Positions 58,430-64,000 of a DNA stretch of 64,000 nt are shown here, piece by piece. The translations under genes and the position numbers were made by a program. Below the pieces are notes generated by a model. That model worked only from the letters and a program-made list of their open reading frames with translations, did not search any database and was not told the DNA's origin. The stretch is from a virus. Within the stretch, counting starts at the first letter, position 1. Each line of letters begins with the position of its first letter. The stretch spans positions 32,001 through 96,000 of the IMG/VR virus record IMGVR_UViG_3300009157_000016, one strand, 5' to 3'.

Positions 58430-60042
58430 CCGGTCTGATTGAGAGCACTGGCCGGTTCCGCGTACGATTGGACGCTGAGGACCTGGAAGAGATTGAGGCC
58501 CGCCCCAAGCGCCGCGTGCGCTTGGGGACAGACGTAGCAGAGCTGTCGCAGGCGGCGTATGCCAAGCCGCTTGTCGACACTGCCGGGAAGCCGCTGATAG
58601 TTCCCAACAGGGACTTGATGGGCAGGATCACACCGGAGGAACTGGCGTACGCGCTGCCCGGCGGTCTTGCCAAGCTGGCCTACCCCAAGTGGATGTATGC
58701 CCCCTACATCCGCTACGTTGAGAACCGCATCCTGCCCATCATTCAGGGCAACAAGTCCATCTACCTGATGTTCTCAGCGCCGCCTCGGCACGGCAAGACA
58801 CAATTCATTTCCAAGGTGCTGCCGGCTTGGTATCTTGGGCGCAACCCTGACAAGCGTGTCCTGCTCGTCACCTACAACACTGAGTTCTCCAAGCAGCAAG
58901 GTCGCGCTGCCCGGAACATCTTTGAGCAGTTCGGTCCCACGGTCTTCAACTTGAAGGTCGCGATGGACAGTTCGTCCGCTTCCCATTGGGACATTGAAGG
59001 ACACCAAGGCGGTATGGAAGCCGTAGGTGCCGAAGGTTCCATCATGGGTAAGGGCGCGGACCTTCTGATCATTGACGATCCGCTCAAGGGCTTTGAGGCT
59101 GCGATGAGCGAGACCATCCTACAGCGTGTGTGGGAATGGTTCCTGACCGACGTTTACTCCCGTCTGGAGCCCGGCGCTTCGGTCATCATTGTCATGACGC
59201 GCTGGACGCTTCTTGACTTGATTGGTCGCATTGAAGCGCGGCGCATTGAGACGCAGGAGGAGGTTGACGCCGGCGAGGAAGAGATTGTCGCGTTCGACGA
59301 GTTTGAGCGCATCAACTTCCCTGCCTTGGCGACCGACGACAACGACGTGCTTGGCCGCCTCACCGGTCAGGCGTTGTTCCCGCAGCGGTACCCCGCAGAG
59401 CGCTTGCTCAAGATCAGGCGCAACATGGACACGTACTGGTGGGAGGCCCTGTATCAGGGGAACCCCGTGCCGCTCAGCGGCACGATGATCGATATCAAGT
59501 GGCTGACCGGCACCGGCCGCCAGTACGTGGAGGAGATGGTCCGCAATCAGTTCGAGATGATCGTCATCTCAACTGACACGGCCAACAAGGACACCGAGCT
59601 GGCCGACTTCAGTGTGTTCGGCGTGTGGGGTATCCGTGAGGACCGTTACTACCTTTTGGACCTCATCCGTGATAAGATGGAGTTCCCTGAGCTACTAGGC
59701 ACCGCGAAGGCGTTGCTGGAGCAATGGGATCCGACCTTCTTCCTCATTGAGGACAAGGGCTCAGGAACCAACCTGATCCAAATGCTCCGCAACGAGGGTG
59801 TGGACTGCGTGCGGCCCATAGACCCCGGTAGCGAGAGCAAGATCATCAGGATGAGCTCTGAGACCCCCGCGATGAGAGTTGGCAAGGTGAAGACTCCGAA
59901 GGACGCCTCATGGCTCGAGCCCTACCTGCTTGAGGCAAGAAGCTTCCCCCGTGGCAAAAAGGACCAAATGGACATGACCTCGCAGTTCCTACGCTTCATG
60001 CGTGAGAACTCAAGCGGGATCAAAATGTGGACATTCCAATGA
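58426..60042 (+). CDS. Terminase large subunit
   Basis: PPRHGKT Walker A, GKGADLLIIDDP Walker B, MTRW, ALYQGNP, DTA..DFS, IEDKGSG, FPRG..DQMD. Confidence 0.95.
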   Translation: MTGLIESTGRFRVRLDAEDLEEIEARPKRRVRLGTDVAELSQAAYAKPLVDTAGKPLIVPNRDLMGRITPEELAYALPGGLAKLAYPKWMYAPYIRYVENRILPIIQGNKSIYLMFSAPPRHGKTQFISKVLPAWYLGRNPDKRVLLVTYNTEFSKQQGRAARNIFEQFGPTVFNLKVAMDSSSASHWDIEGHQGGMEAVGAEGSIMGKGADLLIIDDPLKGFEAAMSETILQRVWEWFLTDVYSRLEPGASVIIVMTRWTLLDLIGRIEARRIETQEEVDAGEEEIVAFDEFERINFPALATDDNDVLGRLTGQALFPQRYPAERLLKIRRNMDTYWWEALYQGNPVPLSGTMIDIKWLTGTGRQYVEEMVRNQFEMIVISTDTANKDTELADFSVFGVWGIREDRYYLLDLIRDKMEFPELLGTAKALLEQWDPTFFLIEDKGSGTNLIQMLRNEGVDCVRPIDPGSESKIIRMSSETPAMRVGKVKTPKDASWLEPYLLEARSFPRGKKDQMDMTSQFLRFMRENSSGIKMWTFQ

Positions 60043-60311
60043 CGGATCAACAGCAACCACCGCAGACGATTGTACAGGCGGGAGGCAGGGTAGCTGAGGG
60101 GTTGGTCTCCTCGTTTACCGGAGCCCCAACGCTGCTTCTCATCGTGATCCTGAATATCACGATGATCATCATGGGTGGTTTCTTTTTGCTCAAGCAGGAC
60201 GAGTTGCAAGCCAAGAACGTAGCCGAAGTTATTTCACTGGTCCGTGCGTGCATTTTGGAGACTGTTCCAACCACGCATCTCAACAGGGAGTTAGACAACA
60301 ATGGCCCGTAG
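60039..60311 (+). CDS. Small membrane protein
   Basis: Single TM; lies between TerL and portal. Confidence 0.55.
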   Translation: MTDQQQPPQTIVQAGGRVAEGLVSSFTGAPTLLLIVILNITMIIMGGFFLLKQDELQAKNVAEVISLVRACILETVPTTHLNRELDNNGP

Positions 60312-61935
60312 AGGAGCAACCGCCAAGGCGGCAAGGTCCGCAGCGCAGGCGCAGGGCGGACAACTGACGGCGTTGTCCAGCGTGGCCGCTGAGAAGGCGA
60401 CGGTACCTGCCGTCGCCCCGCAGTTCGTCGGCCTTGGTTCGCAGTTCACTTCCCCACGGCGTGGCGTCAGGGAGCTTCTCAAGCTCTACAAGGACGCCCC
60501 GTGGCTGCGCGCCATCGTCGGAAAGATTGCTCGCCACGTTGCGGACACCGACTGGTTCATGGTGGCCGCCAAGGATGAGAACGGCAAGTACCGCATTGAC
60601 AGCGAAGTTCGCAAAGCGGTTCGCACCGGTACCATCAACAAGCTGATTAGCGTGGGCAGAGCAGACAGGATTGAGAACCATCCGCTGCTCACCATGCTGC
60701 GTGACGGCACCGGGAACCCGCGTCTCAATGGGCACGGCTGTCTTGCGGTGACGATGCAGCACCTTGACCTTGCCGGCGAATCCTTTTGGCTTTGGGAGCG
60801 CAACCAGCTCGGCGTTCCTTACGCCTTCTGGCCGCTGCCGCCGAATTGGGTCACGGACATGCCGTCAAGGGAGAAGCCCTTCTACCATGTGGCAGCGCCC
60901 GGCGGGTTGCAGATTGACATCCCGGTCACGGAGATCTGTCCGTTCATCGACCCGGACCCGGAGAACCCGTACACCCGTGGTGTCGGCACCGCGCAGTCCT
61001 TGGACGACGAAATCCAGATCGACGAGTTTGCGGCCAAGCATCAGAAGTCTTTCTTTCTGAACCGCGCCCGCCCGGACATCATCATCAGCGGTCAGTTCCT
61101 TTCGCAGAAGGACTCTGAGCGGCTTGAGAAGCAGTGGATGAGCGACCACCAAGGGTTTTGGAAGGCGTTCAAGCCGCTGTTCTTCTCGCAGAAGATCGAC
61201 GTCAAGGAACTCACGCAGACCTTCGAGCAGATGCAGATGGTGCAAATGCGCAAGGCTGAGCGGGACACTTTCATCTCAGTGTTCGGCGCACCGCCTGAGA
61301 AGTTCGGCATCATTGGTGAGTCCAAGCGTTCGACCATTCAGGCGGCGGACTACTTCTGGACCAAGGACATCATTCAGCCGCGCGTGGAGATGCTGCGGCG
61401 TGTCCTGCAACAGGTCGCCGTGCCTATGTTCGACACGCGCTTGGTGCTGGCGTATGAGACGCCGGTCATCCAAGACGACGAACTCAAGCTGGAGACCATG
61501 AAGGCCGCTCCTTGGGCCTACACGATCAACCAGTGGCAGGAAGCCGCCGGCAACACGTCAATGGGAGAGCGCGGTGAATTCTTTGCTATTCCGCTGAACA
61601 TGGTGCTCATCCCCGCCAAGGACCTCAAGGACTTTGTTCCGCACACGACGGAAGAGAACGATGAGGCCGCCCAAGCCATTGCGGATCAGGCAGCGGAGGA
61701 CGAGGCTGAGACTCCTCAGGAGGAGATGATGCGCATCCAGCGCATGGCGCTGCGGGCGCGCGGCAAGGCGCAGGGCGACGAACTGGACGTTACGTCCCTT
61801 GCGCAGGCTATTGCCTCGGCCGTCACGTCTGCCATGTCTCAACCGCTGGCCGACATCAAACGACGGATCACGTTCAGGGATGCGTCGGTCGATGCGTTCA
61901 GGGATGGATCACCGGGGAATGGAAATGGACCGTGA
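60301..61935 (+). CDS. Portal protein (HK97-type)
   Basis: HPLL..L..NP..HLDLAGESFW, WPLPP, DPENPYTRG, FFLNRARP, FGAPPEKFG. Confidence 0.85.
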   Translation: MARRGATAKAARSAAQAQGGQLTALSSVAAEKATVPAVAPQFVGLGSQFTSPRRGVRELLKLYKDAPWLRAIVGKIARHVADTDWFMVAAKDENGKYRIDSEVRKAVRTGTINKLISVGRADRIENHPLLTMLRDGTGNPRLNGHGCLAVTMQHLDLAGESFWLWERNQLGVPYAFWPLPPNWVTDMPSREKPFYHVAAPGGLQIDIPVTEICPFIDPDPENPYTRGVGTAQSLDDEIQIDEFAAKHQKSFFLNRARPDIIISGQFLSQKDSERLEKQWMSDHQGFWKAFKPLFFSQKIDVKELTQTFEQMQMVQMRKAERDTFISVFGAPPEKFGIIGESKRSTIQAADYFWTKDIIQPRVEMLRRVLQQVAVPMFDTRLVLAYETPVIQDDELKLETMKAAPWAYTINQWQEAAGNTSMGERGEFFAIPLNMVLIPAKDLKDFVPHTTEENDEAAQAIADQAAEDEAETPQEEMMRIQRMALRARGKAQGDELDVTSLAQAIASAVTSAMSQPLADIKRRITFRDASVDAFRDGSPGNGNGP

Positions 61936-62085
61936 ACTGGACATGCTTCGCCAGTTGCTATCCGACCTGCTCATTCTGGTTGAGAGGTTCGATGGTATTG
62001 TGAAGGGTGCCGCGCTCAGCTCCAAGCCGGGCAGAGCGTGGCACGAGCTAGGCGGCGCGTGGCCGCCTAGGCGCTAGCGGGCAGC

Positions 62086-62427
62086 CTACAGCCTGACGCG
62101 CTCACGTCGCGGCCTGTCGGCCTTGTCTGGCGGCGTGCGGTCAGCCTCAAAAGCCTGCCCCGCCTGCCGCTTACGAAGCATTGCTGTGATCTGCCGTTCC
62201 TGGTCGGCGAGGGCCTGCTTCATCAAGTAGAACTTCGCCGCCTCCAGCGCAGACCGAGCGAGGCCGTTAAGACCCCGCACATACTCGCCGTACATGTCGG
62301 GACCTACATCCTCCACGTAGTTGCCTTCCTGGAAGCGCGTAAGGTCATGCAGCTCGGCCATGAGGTCCTCGCACTTGACAAGGAGCTCCTTCTGAGACTG
62401 TAGCGGAACGATTGACAGCCTCGGCAT
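62086..62427 (-). CDS. Hypothetical protein ending in RRERVRL
   Basis: Coupled to the upstream gene (TGATG). Confidence 0.55.
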   Translation of the reverse strand: MPRLSIVPLQSQKELLVKCEDLMAELHDLTRFQEGNYVEDVGPDMYGEYVRGLNGLARSALEAAKFYLMKQALADQERQITAMLRKRQAGQAFEADRTPPDKADRPRRERVRL

Positions 62428-62717
62428 CAGCGTGCTGCCTCGACGAATATGTGGGTCACGAAGTGCCCATGATCCATGAGCACTGTGCCGACGTAGTTGA
62501 GGATGTTCTTGGCAGGGCCTTGGGCTATGCCTCCCGTGACCAGACGCTCGACAGTCAGGTCACGTGAGAACAGGTCGGTGTCGTCGATGTAGCACCATAG
62601 GCAAACCTTCCCGTGCTGCTCGTGGACGCTCAGCGTCTTGACGAAGCCGGGCACCGAGAGATTGGTGACGCTCGGAAGCCCGGCCGGCAGAGGGAACTTG
62701 TGAACCGTAAAGGACAT
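62427..62717 (-). CDS. Hypothetical protein
   Basis: VHKFPL..LSV..Q..LW..TG..YVGTV..VTHIF pattern common in phages. Confidence 0.6.
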   Translation of the reverse strand: MSFTVHKFPLPAGLPSVTNLSVPGFVKTLSVHEQHGKVCLWCYIDDTDLFSRDLTVERLVTGGIAQGPAKNILNYVGTVLMDHGHFVTHIFVEAAR

Positions 62718-62751
62718 GCTGGTCTCCTGTTACCACAAGGACCATATACCT

Positions 62752-63276
62752 TCACCACGCCAACTCTATTCCCGTGTCTTGCTTGTACGCAATCTTGGCG
62801 TCGAACATTGTTGGGAAGCACTTGCCCCGGAGCCAGTCAAGGAACACTCGATAGCCGGGGTGGTTCTTCTCGTAGGCTTCCAGCCCTTTGACCCACGCTT
62901 CCATGTTAGGCATCTCATACAGGACGTTGCCACAATGCGGACAGCATGGGAGGCGTATGCCATCCCCCCTGTTGGGGGTTCGGTCAATCTTGTCAATGGT
63001 GTCCCACCATAGGCAGCGCGCACCGTAGACGATGCGTGGGTCCTTCTCGCTCATGGACAATTTCTCCCCCCTTCTGTTCGTGTGCCGCACGTTGTGCAGC
63101 TTGAGACCGAAATTGGATATAGCACTCTTGATCTTGGACACGGTGAAATTCCGGCCGTGGAATTCGGCCTGCAATTGTGCCGTGATCAGCTCGCAGTCCG
63201 TCAGTTCCACTCGCACCAGCTCCCGTAGGCGCTGGCGCAGTTCAGGAGTCCACGTGATGTTCCCGTAGTCGGTCAT
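62752..63276 (-). CDS. GcrA-like N-terminal HTH fused to a Cys-rich domain
   Basis: WTPELRQRLREL..ITAQL..FT..I..FGL resembles the GcrA N-terminus WTDER..LW..IA.L..TR.AV..LGL; C-part C..W..CCPHCG. Confidence 0.5.
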   Translation of the reverse strand: MTDYGNITWTPELRQRLRELVRVELTDCELITAQLQAEFHGRNFTVSKIKSAISNFGLKLHNVRHTNRRGEKLSMSEKDPRIVYGARCLWWDTIDKIDRTPNRGDGIRLPCCPHCGNVLYEMPNMEAWVKGLEAYEKNHPGYRVFLDWLRGKCFPTMFDAKIAYKQDTGIELAW

Positions 63277-63994
63277 CGCCGTTTCCTTTGATGCTTTGGC
63301 AAGCCCATGACGGCTTGGTAGCTTTCGACGAAGGTGTCCAGAGCTAATTCAAGCTCTAGGCGGTCACGCTCCAGCGCTGCCTTGGCTAGCTGCAAGCCTT
63401 CGTTGGTTTCTTCTCCTACGACAGCCAGCCACATCTTGGTATGGTTGATCTGGTTCTGACCTATTGCGATCAGAAGGTGCTCCATCTCGCGACGATACCT
63501 CGTCATCGCCATGTAGTGGGCATACTGCACAATCACGACCATCATGGTGACAACCGTGAAGATGAGTAGGAACATGAGCAGCCTAACTTCCATCGGTCAA
63601 GTCCTTGAGAACGTAGACGTTGACGATGGGTCGTGGCCACCGGACAGACATGGACTGAACGTGGTCCACTTCCGCCTCAATCCTCAGCCCAAGTTGTTCC
63701 GCCTCAGTGATCGCAGCGTTCAAGGCGTCCTTGAGTCCGGCGACCTTTGTGGCGGCTTGTGTGTAGACGTCGCTCTCAGCCATGTGTTGTCCTTTCCACT
63801 TTCACATCTTGTTCAAGGAAGGTCGCGAAGTCACGCAGCTCTTTGGCGCGTGCTTCGACAATCTCTTCCCGGTGCTTGCCCCGTACGATCCCTTTCGTTC
63901 CTCCGATCGCGTTGGCGCGCAAACGTAGAAGCTCGCACACCCGCTGGATAGTTTGTTCGGGCGTGTCTGCTGGTAAGGTCCAATGCATTTTCAT
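63273..63994 (-). other. Three small hypothetical genes (63273-63593 membrane, 63583-63783, 63776-63994)
   Basis: Coupled ORFs with RBSs. Confidence 0.5.
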
Positions 63995-64000
63995 CCTCCT

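Noticed and set aside
36564-63290. Basic C-termini (KRRR, RQRRR, RKRR) as part of the RVRL system
   Set aside because: They lack the V-x-L core, and several overlap the purine-rich RBS of the next gene, which explains the Arg/Lys codons.
1-64000. tRNA or rRNA genes
   Set aside because: No cloverleaf with T-loop and acceptor stem recognised in the intergenic gaps; tRNAscan-SE would be needed to exclude them fully.

Overview
This window is part of a lytic-looking tailed dsDNA phage, probably a siphovirus of an alphaproteobacterium. The host inference rests on GTA-like DUF2163/NlpC/tail-tip genes, GcrA-like domains, DUF3309 and an alpha-type XRE regulator. Layout: (i) 1-10.8 kb (+), tail tip genes and a membrane/lysis-like cluster; (ii) 10.8-37.5 kb (-), replication and recombination genes (dCTP deaminase, SbcCD, resolvase, RecA, gp32-like SSB, UvsY-like, clamp loader, UDG-PolA fusion, beta clamp, MTase, two HNH, sigma-like factor, primase, SNF2 and DnaB helicases); (iii) 37.5-43.3 kb (+), a fibre/decoration island; (iv) 43.3-56.8 kb (-), accessory genes including ThyX, endolysin and TerB, plus a ~530 bp structured non-coding gap; (v) 56.9-61.9 kb, RNase H, terminases and portal; (vi) small (-) genes. 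The most striking signal is a short linear motif, basic-R-V-R-L-(D/E/stop). It occurs 13 times exactly, encoded by different codons, near the N- or C-termini of 9 unrelated proteins, with variants on RecA, UvsY and SSB. It co-occurs with two very large Arg/Lys-Asp polyampholyte proteins, a sigma-2-like factor, a split GcrA and a recurring GTATA upstream motif. Together these suggest an undescribed tag-based hub or compartment linking recombination, transcription and packaging. All family calls are by-eye motif recognition, not database searches.
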